A stretch of DNA of 32,000 nucleotides. Source: Virgisporangium aliadipatigenens (GTDB lineage: Bacteria; Actinomycetota; Actinomycetes; Mycobacteriales; Micromonosporaceae). The stretch's first letter is position 1. Each line of letters starts with the position of its first letter. Shown piece by piece: positions 7,986 to 16,682 of this stretch. The notes beneath the pieces were generated by a model, which saw only the letters and a program-made list of their open reading frames with translations, was not told the DNA's origin and made no database searches. The DNA lies in contig NZ_BOPF01000003.1 of NCBI RefSeq assembly GCF_016863615.1, positions 467,564 to 499,563 on the forward strand. Direction: 5' to 3'. A program made the translations under genes and the position numbers.

Positions 7986-8935
7986 GGACCCGCCCCGGCC
8001 CGCACGGGCTCGCCCTCACCGAACTCGGCCTGGGCACCGGCCCGCTGGGCAACCTGTACGAGGCGATCACCGAGGCGCGGGCGGCGGAGACCGTCGCCGC
8101 CGCCTGGGACGCCGGGATCCGCCACTTCGACACGGCACCGCACTACGGCATCGGACTCGCCGAACGCCGCCTCGGGCGATGGCTGGCCGGTGTGCCACGC
8201 GAGGAGTACGTGCTCTCCACGAAGGCGGGCCGGATCCTGGAGCCCAACCCCGAGCGCGATCCCGGGCCGGACCCGGGCGGCTTCGTGGTCCCCGCGACGC
8301 ACGTGCGCCGCTACGACCTGAGCCGGGACGGCATCCGACGTTCCCTGGAGGAGAGCCTGCAGCGGCTGGGGGTCGACCGCGTGGATGTGCTGTACCTGCA
8401 CGATCCGGACGGTCGGGAGGACGAGGCGCTGCGCACGGCGTTCCCCGCGATGGTCGAACTACGCCGAGAGGGCACGGTGCGCGCGATCGGCGCGGGCATG
8501 AACCACGTCGGACCCCTCGCGCGTTTCATCCGCGAGTCCGACCTGGACGTGATCCTCTCGGCGGGCCGCCTCACGCTGCTGGACCGCGGCGCCGAGCCCG
8601 AACTCCTCCCGCTGGCCCGCGAGCGCGGGGTCTCCGTGGTGATCGGCGGGGCCTACAACTCCGGCATCCTCGCGACGCCGCGACCGCGGCCCGACGCCCG
8701 CTTCGGCTACCGGCCGGCCGACGACGCGGTGCTGCGGCGGGCATCGGCGCTGGCGGACGTCTGCGAACAGGCCGGCGTCGACCTGCCGACGGCGGCGCTC
8801 GGGTTTCCGCTCGCGCACCCCGAGGTGGCGTCGGTGCTGGTCGGGGCGCGCAGCCCGGCGGAGGTGCGCGAGGCGGTCGACCGCTGGTCCACGCCCGTCC
8901 CGCCGGACCTGTACGCGCGGCTCGCTCCGTCCTGA
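7982..8935 (+). CDS. aldo/keto reductase (D-threo-aldose / L-fucose 1-dehydrogenase-like)
   Basis: Internal ATG of ORF 7157..8935 at 7982, overlapping the upstream TGA (ATGA). Motifs: LGLGTGPLGNLY, IRHFDTAPHYG, STKAGR, VDVLYLHDP. The catalytic Asp, Tyr and Lys contexts are present. Confidence 0.9.
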   Translation: MRTRPGPHGLALTELGLGTGPLGNLYEAITEARAAETVAAAWDAGIRHFDTAPHYGIGLAERRLGRWLAGVPREEYVLSTKAGRILEPNPERDPGPDPGGFVVPATHVRRYDLSRDGIRRSLEESLQRLGVDRVDVLYLHDPDGREDEALRTAFPAMVELRREGTVRAIGAGMNHVGPLARFIRESDLDVILSAGRLTLLDRGAEPELLPLARERGVSVVIGGAYNSGILATPRPRPDARFGYRPADDAVLRRASALADVCEQAGVDLPTAALGFPLAHPEVASVLVGARSPAEVREAVDRWSTPVPPDLYARLAPS

Positions 8936-8959
8936 AGCGCGGCCCGGGCGGCGGCGTGG

Positions 8960-9712
8960 CTACGACCGGGCGGGGACGCGCAGGCCGGTGAAGCCGCCGT
9001 CGACCGCGAGCAGCGTGCCCGTCGTCGACGAGGAGAGCGGGCTCGCCAGGTAGGCGATCGCGTGCGCCACCTCCTCGGCGGAGACGAGCCGGCCCATCGG
9101 CTGGCGGGCGACCAGGGCCGCGAGGGCGGCGTCGCGGTCGTCGGCCACCTCCAGCAGGCGCTGCACCCACGGCGTGTCGGCGGTGCCGGGCACCACGGCG
9201 TTGACCCGGATGCCGTCGTGCAGGTGGTCGGCGGCCATCGCCAGGGTCAGCGCGGCGACCGCGCCCTTGCTGGCGCTGTACAGCGCCCGCTGCGGCACCC
9301 CCACCGGCGCCACGATCGAACAGGTGTTGACGATGGCGGCGGCCGGCGAGGTGCGCAGGTGCGGCAGCGCGGCCGTGGTGGTGCGGGCGATGCCGACGAC
9401 GTTGACATCGAGGACGCGGTGCCACTCCGCGTCGTCGTTCGCGGTCACGTCGCCGGCCGCGCCGATGCCGGCGTTGTTGCACAGGATGTCGATGCGGCCG
9501 AGCCGGTCGACGACGGTGGCGATCGCCGTCTCCACCGTGCCGCGGTCCCGCACGTCGCAGGCCACGGCGAGGTCGGCGGTCTTGTCGTCGTCCGGGTTCA
9601 GGTCGAGGCTCGCGACCGTGGCGCCCTTCTCCCGCAGGATCGTCGTGGTCGCCGCGCCGATACCGCTCGCGCCACCCGTCACCACGGCCACCAGTCCGTC
9701 GAACTCCGCCAT
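8960..9712 (-). CDS. SDR family oxidoreductase (2-keto-3-deoxy-sugar-acid dehydrogenase-like)
   Basis: TGGASGIGAAT Rossmann motif, NNAG, and the catalytic YSASKGAV. Start taken at MAEFDGLVAVVTGG (ATG 9712); the track ORF extends to 9739. Confidence 0.9.
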   Translation of the reverse strand: MAEFDGLVAVVTGGASGIGAATTTILREKGATVASLDLNPDDDKTADLAVACDVRDRGTVETAIATVVDRLGRIDILCNNAGIGAAGDVTANDDAEWHRVLDVNVVGIARTTTAALPHLRTSPAAAIVNTCSIVAPVGVPQRALYSASKGAVAALTLAMAADHLHDGIRVNAVVPGTADTPWVQRLLEVADDRDAALAALVARQPMGRLVSAEEVAHAIAYLASPLSSSTTGTLLAVDGGFTGLRVPARS

Positions 9713-9846
9713 CGCGCGCCTCCAGCCTTTTCGGATCAACCTACCTGTTCAGGCGCATCAGGTCAGCGATCTCGATCAGTTGCTGGGCGGTTACCGGGGC
9801 CTCCGGTCGGGTAGGCGTCGTAGTCGGTCGGGATGACGCGGTGGGA

Positions 9847-10329
9847 TCAGGTCCTGACGATGACGAAGCGCCAGGTCTGGTAGGGGCTGTCGTAGGCCCG
9901 GTCGTTCATCCGTACGCCGTGACTCGCGCTCCCGTCGAGGGCTTTGTCGAAGCCGTAAGCGTCGTTCATCAGTGACGGCATGCCCCCGAAGGACCAGATC
10001 TGCCACGGCTTCTTGTTGCACGGCAGCAGGCGCGCGCCCGACGAGACGCTGCCGTCCAGGCACATATCCGAGTAGGCCTCGTTCCTCAGCGCGATCGGTT
10101 CGAGGTCGTAGGGGTCGTGAAATGCGGGGGTCCAGCGCTGGTACTTGCTGGTCGTGCTGCACGTCATCATGCGAACGCCCTGCGAGGCGCTGCCGTCGAG
10201 GCACAGGTTGCTGCCCCCGTTCTTCAGCCAGTCGCCGCCCGGAACAGCCGCGGCCGGCTGGACGACGGCCAACTGGGTCGCAACGATCGCGACGAAAGCG
10301 GCGATCGCGGTGAGGATACTTCTGCGCAC
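9847..10329 (-). CDS. secreted ricin-type beta-trefoil lectin (CBM13-like), 160 aa
   Basis: Only the last 160 codons of shadow ORF 9847..12702 are credible. GTG start at 10329 follows gaaggga. Signal peptide RRSILTAIAAFVAIVATQLAVVQPAAA. Three repeats each carry a CLDG/LDGS motif and a Q-x-W motif (YQRW, WQIW, YQTW). Confidence 0.85.
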   Translation of the reverse strand: MRRSILTAIAAFVAIVATQLAVVQPAAAVPGGDWLKNGGSNLCLDGSASQGVRMMTCSTTSKYQRWTPAFHDPYDLEPIALRNEAYSDMCLDGSVSSGARLLPCNKKPWQIWSFGGMPSLMNDAYGFDKALDGSASHGVRMNDRAYDSPYQTWRFVIVRT

Positions 10330-10578
10330 GTCGTTCCCTTCAACAGTCGGCCCCGGATGCCGGGTGGCCGATGAGCCGTGCCGCGATCCTGCTGCGGCGG
10401 GCGCCGGCGGGACACGGACTCCACACGAATCCAAACGCGGATGACCGAGCGGGATCTCACGCATGGTGACGGCGCCGATGCGGCATCCCGGTGGTTCGCG
10501 GCGCCCGGACACGAGAGCGGCAGCACGTCCCGCGCATCGATCCATAAGATCTTGGCGCGACCATGGGGGTGACGTTGT

Positions 10579-13044
10579 ATGGCCGACGGGCCGCATGCCG
10601 ACCTGCCGGACCCGGGCGCCGCCGGCACGGTGGAGGAGCTGACGTCCTGCCTGCGCGCGTTGAAGGTCTACGCGGGTGACCCGTCGTTCACGGTGATCAC
10701 CGAGCGGGTCAACCGCGACCGGCGGGCCGACGGCCGGCCGGCCAACGAGGACGCCGCGCGGGGCACCGTGGTGGACTGCTTCAAGGCCGGGCGCAGGCGT
10801 CTCGACCCGGAACTCGTCGTCGCCGTCGTCCGGGCGCTGCACGGCGATCCCGGCTACGTCAACCAGTGGCGGCAGGCGCTGCGTGTCGCGGCCGGCCAGA
10901 GGGCGGCCGCTTCGCAGGTACGGGTCTTCGACGCGCTGCCACCGGAGCTGGCGGAGTTCACCGGGCGCCGGGCCGAACTCGCCGGCCTGGACACCCTGAT
11001 CGAAGACCCGGCCGACCTGATCCTGTCGATCGAAGGTATGCCCGGGGTGGGCAAGACCCAGCTCGCCGTGCGGATGGCGCACCGGATCCTGCGGCGCCGG
11101 CCGACCACCCGGGTCCTGTACGTCAACCTGCGCGGGTTCCATCCCGATCCGGTGCAGCCTTCGGCCGATCCGGCCGCCGTGCTCGACGCGTTCCTCCGGC
11201 TGCTCGGCGTCCCCGGCAACCGGGTCCCGCACGAATCCGCGGAGCGGCACGCACTCTTTCGCGACCGGCTGGCGGACAGGCCGACCCTCCTCGTCCTCGA
11301 CGACGCCGCCGACGAGGAGCAGGTGCGTCGGCTGCTCGCCGATGTTCCCGGTTGCATCACCCTGATCACCAGCCGGCGCCGCCTGGCACGTCTCACGTCG
11401 ACGACGGCGGCGGTGCACGCGTTCCCGCTCGACGTGTTCACCGTGGACGAGACCTGGGAGTACCTCGTCCGGGCCGTCCCCCGGATCACCGTCGGCGTCG
11501 ACCCGTCGGCCGTCGGCCGGCTCGCGCAGCGCTGCGGTGGCCTGCCGCTGGCGCTGCGCCTGGTGACCGGACACATGCGCGGCACACCCGGATGGACGGT
11601 GACCGACCACGCCGACCGGCTCGACGAGCGGCACGCGGCGCGGCGTATCGACTCCGGGATCGGCGTCGCTCTCGCGCAGTCCTACCAGAGCCTGCCGCCC
11701 GGTCACCGGTCGCTGTTCCGGATGCTCGCTCTCCACCCGGGGCCGGACCTCGACCGCTGTGCCGCCGTGGCGCTCGCCGATCTCGCGCCGGCCCGGGTCG
11801 ACGCGCTGCTGCATCATCTGGAACGCGAACATCTGGTGCGTCCGGCAGGAGAGGGCCGGTTCGTCATGCACGATCTGGTGCGCGCCTACGCCGCCGAACG
11901 CGGTGTCGACGAGGACAGTTCCACGCAGCGTCGGGACGCGTTGGGCCGCCTGCTCGACCACTACACGTCCGCCACGATCGCCGCGATGGACACGTTGCAT
12001 CCGGCCGACGCGGGCATGCGGCGCCGGCCGGAGACCACGGTCGCCCCGATCGTGGCGTTTCCCGACGCCGCCGCGGCGAAGGACTGGCTCGACACGGAGC
12101 TGCCGGTGCTGGTCGCCGTCTCCGACCATGCCGCGGAGCACGGCCTGCGGCGGCACGCCGTCGACCTGTCCGTCACCCTGTTCCGGTATCTCAGCGAACA
12201 TCCCGACGAGGCGCTGCGGATCCACGGCAACGCACGCGACGCCGCCCGCGCCGCCGCCGACGCCGCAGATGAGGCCGCGGCCCTGGTCGGGCTCGGTGCC
12301 GCACGCTGCATCCGCGGCGATCACCGGGCCGGGGCCGGTGAACTGCGCGCGGCGCTCGGCCTGTTCCGTTCCGTCGGTGACCGCCTCGGCGAGGCACGCG
12401 CCCTGATGAACCTCGGCAGCGCCACCCTCTGGCAGGGCGACCACGCGATCGCGCTGGAGCACATGACCGCCGCGCGCGCCCTTTTCGAGTGCCTCGGCGC
12501 GACCCAGGGTGTCACCCACACCCTGACGAACATCGCGTACATCGAGTCGCTCCTGGGACGCCACACGTCCGCGGTGGAGCACCTCGCACAGGCGATCGTC
12601 GGGTACCGCGGCATCGACGACGTCGCGGGGGAGGCGATCGCGCTGACCAACCTCGCAAACGCCGAGAACGCGTTGGGCGAGACCGAACGCGCCGTCACCC
12701 ACTTCCTCCGCGCCGCGGGCGCCAGCCGGCGGGTCGGCGATCGCACCAACGAGGCCGACGCGCTGGAGGGACTCGCGGGCACCTACCTCCGACTCGGCGA
12801 TCCCGCGCGCGCCGTCCCGCCCCTACGTCGCGCGCTCGACCTGTGCCGCCGGGTCGGCTACCGGCGCGGCGAGGCCAACTCCCTCACCCTGCTCGGCGAC
12901 GTGGCGCAGCACACCGGCGACCGGGCCGCCGCCATGGGGTACTACCTCGAATCGCTGGCTGTCGCGGGGATCGACCCCGCCCAACGGGACCGTGCCGAGG
13001 CCGGGCTCCGGCGGATCCTCGGCGGCTTCCCGCAAGCCGCCTAG
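10579..13044 (+). CDS. STAND NTPase: N-terminal HTH-like domain, NB-ARC ATPase, C-terminal TPR array
   Basis: Walker A GMPGVGKTQ, Walker B LLVLDDAAD, ITSRRR, CGGLPLAL (GLPL motif), then repeated TPR-like units (GEARALMNLGS, GEAIALTNLAN, NEADALEGLAG, GEANSLTLLGD). The N-terminal 100 aa resemble the XRE-like HTH heads of actinomycete NB-ARC proteins. Confidence 0.85.
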   Translation: MADGPHADLPDPGAAGTVEELTSCLRALKVYAGDPSFTVITERVNRDRRADGRPANEDAARGTVVDCFKAGRRRLDPELVVAVVRALHGDPGYVNQWRQALRVAAGQRAAASQVRVFDALPPELAEFTGRRAELAGLDTLIEDPADLILSIEGMPGVGKTQLAVRMAHRILRRRPTTRVLYVNLRGFHPDPVQPSADPAAVLDAFLRLLGVPGNRVPHESAERHALFRDRLADRPTLLVLDDAADEEQVRRLLADVPGCITLITSRRRLARLTSTTAAVHAFPLDVFTVDETWEYLVRAVPRITVGVDPSAVGRLAQRCGGLPLALRLVTGHMRGTPGWTVTDHADRLDERHAARRIDSGIGVALAQSYQSLPPGHRSLFRMLALHPGPDLDRCAAVALADLAPARVDALLHHLEREHLVRPAGEGRFVMHDLVRAYAAERGVDEDSSTQRRDALGRLLDHYTSATIAAMDTLHPADAGMRRRPETTVAPIVAFPDAAAAKDWLDTELPVLVAVSDHAAEHGLRRHAVDLSVTLFRYLSEHPDEALRIHGNARDAARAAADAADEAAALVGLGAARCIRGDHRAGAGELRAALGLFRSVGDRLGEARALMNLGSATLWQGDHAIALEHMTAARALFECLGATQGVTHTLTNIAYIESLLGRHTSAVEHLAQAIVGYRGIDDVAGEAIALTNLANAENALGETERAVTHFLRAAGASRRVGDRTNEADALEGLAGTYLRLGDPARAVPPLRRALDLCRRVGYRRGEANSLTLLGDVAQHTGDRAAAMGYYLESLAVAGIDPAQRDRAEAGLRRILGGFPQAA

Positions 13045-13116
13045 GTGTACTGCCCAGGCAGGTTGCAGAACGATTGCTGACAGCGGCCGCGCAACGGCTG
13101 TGCGAGTCTCCCCCCG

Positions 13117-15831
13117 ATGCTGGAGTGTCGGGTCCTCGGCCCGGTGGAGGTGCGCGTCGACGGGCGGCCCGTCGACGTCGGACACGCGCGCCAGTGCTGT
13201 GTGCTCGTGGCGCTGCTCGCCGACGCCGGCCGGTGCGTGCCGCCCGAACGGCTGGCGCACCGCGTGTGGGGCGACGAACCGCCGCCACGGGCCCGCAATC
13301 TGCTCTCCGGCTACGTGTCGCGGCTGCGCAAGACCACCGGGATCGACGTGGCGCGCGAGGGCACCGGCTACGTCGTGCGGGTCGACGAGTTCGACCTGAG
13401 CCGCTTCGACACGCTCCTGGCGCGGGCCCGGGCGGAGGCCGATCTCGCCCGGTACGACGAGGCGCTGGCGCTGTGGCGCGGCGAGCCGTTCGCCGGTCTG
13501 GACACCCCGTGGATCCGGGCGTGGCGCGAGGCCCTGACGGCGCGGCGGTTCGCGGCCGAACTGGACCGCACCGACCTGGTCCTCGCCGAGGGCGGCCACG
13601 CCGAGGTGGTCGACCGGCTCGCGGCGCGGATCACCGCACACCCGCTGGACGAACGCCTCACCGGCCAGTACATGCTCGCGCTGTACCGCTGCGGCCGGCA
13701 GGCCGACGCGCTGCGCGCCTACGAACGGCTGCGCCACGACCTCGCCGAGGAACTGGGCGCCGACCCCGGCCCGGCGCTGCGCCGCCTGCACCGCGGGATG
13801 CTGCGGGCCGATCCCGGCGTCGACCCGCACACGCTGCCGGTGCCCCGCCAACTGCCGGCCGCCCCGCGCGGCTTCGCCGGCCGCACCCGCGAACTCGCCG
13901 CCCTCGACGCGATAGCGGCCGCCGGTGCCGCCGGGGACGCCGTGGAGACCTCCGGCGGGGTCGTGTGCGTGGTCTCCGGTTCGGCCGGCGTGGGCAAGAC
14001 GACGCTGGCGGTGCGCTGGGCCCACCGGGTCGCGGACCGGTTCGTCGACGGGCAGCTGCACGTGGACCTGCGGGGGTTCGACACCCGGGAGGCCGTCGCG
14101 CCCGACGAGGCGGTGCGCGGGTTTCTGGAGGCGCTCGGTGTCGCCGCCGAACGCATGCCGACCGGCCCGGACGCGCGCGTCGGCCTGTACCGGACCCTGC
14201 TGCACGGCCGGCGGATGCTGCTGCTGTTGGACAACGCCCGCGACGCCGCCCAGGTGCGGCCGCTGCTGCCCGCGGCACCCGGCTGTCTGGTGCTGGTGAC
14301 GAGCCGGCGACGGCTGGCCGACCTGGTGCGCGCCGACGGGGCGTTCCCGCTGACGCTGGAGCTGCTCAGCGGCGCCGAGTCGGAGGACCTGCTGGCCCGC
14401 CGGATCGGTGCGGCCCGCGTGGCCGCCGAACGCGACGCCGTCGACCGGATCGTCGAGCGCTGCGCGCGCCTGCCGTTGGCCCTGGCGGTGGTGGCCGCCC
14501 GCGCAGCGGCGCACCCGGGCTTCACATTGGCGGCGCTGGCGGCTGAACTCGTTCCCCGGGAAGGGCTCTACGACGTGCGGGACGTCCTCGCGTCCTCCTA
14601 CCGCGCGCTCGACGAACGCTCGGCCCGGCTCTTCCGGCTCTTCGGCGCGCACCCGGGCCCGGACCTGTCGACGCACGCCGCCGCGAGCCTGGCCGGACTG
14701 TCCACAGTGGAGATCCGGCGACTGCTGGCGACGCTCAGCGACGCGCACCTGCTGACCGAATACCTACCCGGTCGCTACACCGCCCACGACCTCCTGCGCG
14801 ACTACGCCCGCGAGTTGTTGCTGTCCACTGTGGACAGCGAACCGGCGCGCCGGGACGCGACCGCCCGCGTGCTGGATCACTACCTGCACAGCGCCTGCGC
14901 CGCCGCGCTGGCCCTGCACCCGCACCGCGACCCGATCCCGTTGCCGCGCAAGGGATCCGGCGTGACGGCCGAGGCGCCCGGCTCCTACGCCGAGGCGACG
15001 CGGTGGTTCGCCGCCGAGCACCGCGTGCTGCTCGCCGTCGTCGAACACTGCGTGCGCGCCGGCGCCCACGAGCACACCTGGCGGCTCGCCTGGGCGATGT
15101 GGACGTTCCTCGACCGGACCGGCCGCTGGCAGGACCTGTGGGAGCTGGGCCGCGCGGCGGTCGACGCCGGCCGCGCGCTGCACGACCCGCACGCCGAGGC
15201 GGTCAGCCATCGCCTCCTGGCGCGCGCCACGATGAACCGCGACGACCTCGACGCCGCCATCGGGCACCTGAGCGCCGCGCTCGCCCTGTACCGGCGCACC
15301 GGCGACCTGGCCGGCGAGGCCAACACGCACAACAACCTCGCCGTCGTGCGGGAGGCACAGGGCCGCTACCGAGACGCCGGCGAGGAGAACCTGCGGGCCC
15401 TGCGCCTCTACACCGAGACCGGCAACGCGCGCGGCGGCGCCATGGCGCTGAACATGGCCGGCCGCTACGACTCGCTCTGCGGCGACCACGGGTCGGCGGT
15501 GGGACGCTGTGAGACGGCGCTGTCGATGTTCACGGCGCTCGGCGACCGGATCGGCGAGGCCATCGCCCGCGCCACGCTCGGGCATGTGCTGCACGGGCTC
15601 GGCAAGCACGACCGGGCCGTCGACTGCCTGCTGCCGGCCATCGCCGGCTTCGAGGCGCTGGACGACCGCCACCACGTCGCCGAGTCGCTCGTGGTGCTCG
15701 GCGACGCGCACCACGCCATGGGCGACCGGGACGCCGCCGAGCGGGCCTGGCGGCGGGCCCGCGCGATGCTGACCGAGCTGCGCCACCCGGACGCCGAACG
15801 GGTCGCGCGGCGGCTGGCCTCAGCCGGCTGA
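13117..15831 (+). CDS. AfsR/SARP-family regulator: OmpR-type winged helix + BTAD + NB-ARC + TPR
   Basis: SARP head MLECRVLGPVEVRVDGRPV...YVSRLRK. BTAD segment LALWRGEPFAGLD...YRCGRQADALRAYERLRHDLAEELGADPGPALRRLH. Walker A GSAGVGKTT, Walker B LLLLDNA, VTSRRR, ARLPLAL. TPR units follow (GEANTHNNLAV and others). Confidence 0.9.
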   Translation: MLECRVLGPVEVRVDGRPVDVGHARQCCVLVALLADAGRCVPPERLAHRVWGDEPPPRARNLLSGYVSRLRKTTGIDVAREGTGYVVRVDEFDLSRFDTLLARARAEADLARYDEALALWRGEPFAGLDTPWIRAWREALTARRFAAELDRTDLVLAEGGHAEVVDRLAARITAHPLDERLTGQYMLALYRCGRQADALRAYERLRHDLAEELGADPGPALRRLHRGMLRADPGVDPHTLPVPRQLPAAPRGFAGRTRELAALDAIAAAGAAGDAVETSGGVVCVVSGSAGVGKTTLAVRWAHRVADRFVDGQLHVDLRGFDTREAVAPDEAVRGFLEALGVAAERMPTGPDARVGLYRTLLHGRRMLLLLDNARDAAQVRPLLPAAPGCLVLVTSRRRLADLVRADGAFPLTLELLSGAESEDLLARRIGAARVAAERDAVDRIVERCARLPLALAVVAARAAAHPGFTLAALAAELVPREGLYDVRDVLASSYRALDERSARLFRLFGAHPGPDLSTHAAASLAGLSTVEIRRLLATLSDAHLLTEYLPGRYTAHDLLRDYARELLLSTVDSEPARRDATARVLDHYLHSACAAALALHPHRDPIPLPRKGSGVTAEAPGSYAEATRWFAAEHRVLLAVVEHCVRAGAHEHTWRLAWAMWTFLDRTGRWQDLWELGRAAVDAGRALHDPHAEAVSHRLLARATMNRDDLDAAIGHLSAALALYRRTGDLAGEANTHNNLAVVREAQGRYRDAGEENLRALRLYTETGNARGGAMALNMAGRYDSLCGDHGSAVGRCETALSMFTALGDRIGEAIARATLGHVLHGLGKHDRAVDCLLPAIAGFEALDDRHHVAESLVVLGDAHHAMGDRDAAERAWRRARAMLTELRHPDAERVARRLASAG

Positions 15832-16548
15832 GGGCGACCGGACGCCGACGGGCTCCTCGCGCAGCACCGCCACGTGCAGGCGGCGGGTCGGCGCGGTCGG
15901 GACGGTGCCGAGTTCGTCGGCGAGGGCGCGGCGCAGCCGCTCGTAGGCGCGCAGCGCGCCGGCCGGGTCGCCGCCGGCGAGGCAGGCGCGCATGAGCGCG
16001 CGGGTGGCCCGTTCGTCCAACGGGTCCGTCGCGAGGACCGCGTCGGCGGCCGCGCGCGCGGTCCGCGCGGCACCGGCCGCCAGCGCGGCGTCGGCCGTCC
16101 CGAGCAGGGCGTCGCGCAGCAGCGCCGCGTGCCGGTCGCGGGCGCGCGCCAGCCAGTCCACATCGGACACCCACGGCAGCAGCGGCCCGCGCCCCAGCAG
16201 TTCGGCCGCCTCCCGGGCGCCGCCGCGCTCCAGCAGCGCCACCGCCTCGTCGAGATCGGTGCCGACCGCGGTCGACAGCCGGTACCCGTGCCGGTCCCCG
16301 AGGACGGCGTCCGTGCCGATCGCCGCCCGCAGCCGGCTCACGAGAGTCGCCACGTTCGCCCGCGGATCCCGTGGAACGTCATCGGCCCACAGACTGTCCA
16401 CAATGGAGTCACCCGGCACCAGCACGCCCCGCCGCACGGCCAGCATCGCCAGCAGCACCCGCGCCTTCCGGCTCCCGAGCGCCGTCTCGACGGCCGACCC
16501 GTCCCGCCACACCTCGAACGTCCCCACCAACCGCAGCCACGTCGCCAT
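15820..16548 (-). CDS. small SARP-family transcriptional activator (winged helix + BTAD only)
   Basis: Start at MATWLRLVGTFEVWRDG (ATG 16548, inside ORF 15820..16680). BTAD motif GDPAGALRAYERLRRALADELGTVPTAPTRRLH. The 3' end overlaps the AfsR-like gene by 12 nt. Divergent from the NACHT gene. Confidence 0.85.
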   Translation of the reverse strand: MATWLRLVGTFEVWRDGSAVETALGSRKARVLLAMLAVRRGVLVPGDSIVDSLWADDVPRDPRANVATLVSRLRAAIGTDAVLGDRHGYRLSTAVGTDLDEAVALLERGGAREAAELLGRGPLLPWVSDVDWLARARDRHAALLRDALLGTADAALAAGAARTARAAADAVLATDPLDERATRALMRACLAGGDPAGALRAYERLRRALADELGTVPTAPTRRLHVAVLREEPVGVRSPSAG

Positions 16549-16568
16549 GCCGCCACGGTGCCCCGCAT

Positions 16569-16601
16569 CGATGGGACGGCTGTGGAATGCCGATGGAACG
16601 G
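16569..16601. promoter_or_regulatory. three direct repeats with 11-nt periodicity in the SARP/NACHT divergent intergenic region (candidate SARP box)
   Basis: cgATGGGACgg (16569-16579), ctGTGGAATgc (16580-16590), cgATGGAACgg (16591-16601). Repeats 1 and 3 match at 10/11. Repeat 2 matches repeat 3 at 7/11. Confidence 0.35.
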
Positions 16602-16682
16602 GCCCCGACTGTCGTTGATCGTCCCGCCGAACTGCCGCAACGGGTGGTGCGTGAGCCGGCCGCCGCTGGCGATGATGCACGC

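Noticed and set aside
10545-10553. TAAGAT -10-like hexamer and AAGATCTT palindrome 28 nt upstream of the NB-ARC gene start.
   Set aside because: There is no acceptable -35 at 17-18 nt, and an 8-bp palindrome is too short to be significant on its own.
9847-12702. 951-aa minus-strand ORF, the longest in the track.
   Set aside because: Only its last 160 codons (the lectin, 9847..10329) look real. The rest is an Arg/Gly/Pro/Asp-rich antisense shadow of the NB-ARC/TPR gene, which has clear Walker and TPR motifs on the plus strand.
12489-14748. Long ORFs 12489..14546 (+, 685 aa), 12823..14748 (-, 641 aa), 13658..14278 (-) and 13719..14525 (-).
   Set aside because: They are extremely Arg/Pro/Gly/Ala-rich with no motifs. 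They overlap the well-supported AfsR-like and NB-ARC genes in other frames, the classic high-GC shadow pattern.
10579-16548. Idea that the SARP/AfsR regulators mark a secondary-metabolite biosynthetic gene cluster.
   Set aside because: No PKS, NRPS, terpene, RiPP-maturation or tailoring enzymes are visible anywhere in the window. I cannot exclude a cluster beyond the window.
16371-16682. Upstream extension of the NACHT ORF (track start 16371; in-frame ATG at 16587).
   Set aside because: The extension overlaps the divergent SARP gene (start 16548) and is Pro/Ala/Arg-rich. The 16587 start would leave only 38 nt for two divergent promoters. ATG 16683 gives a typical basic n-region plus a TM helix. 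Still flagged as an alternative.
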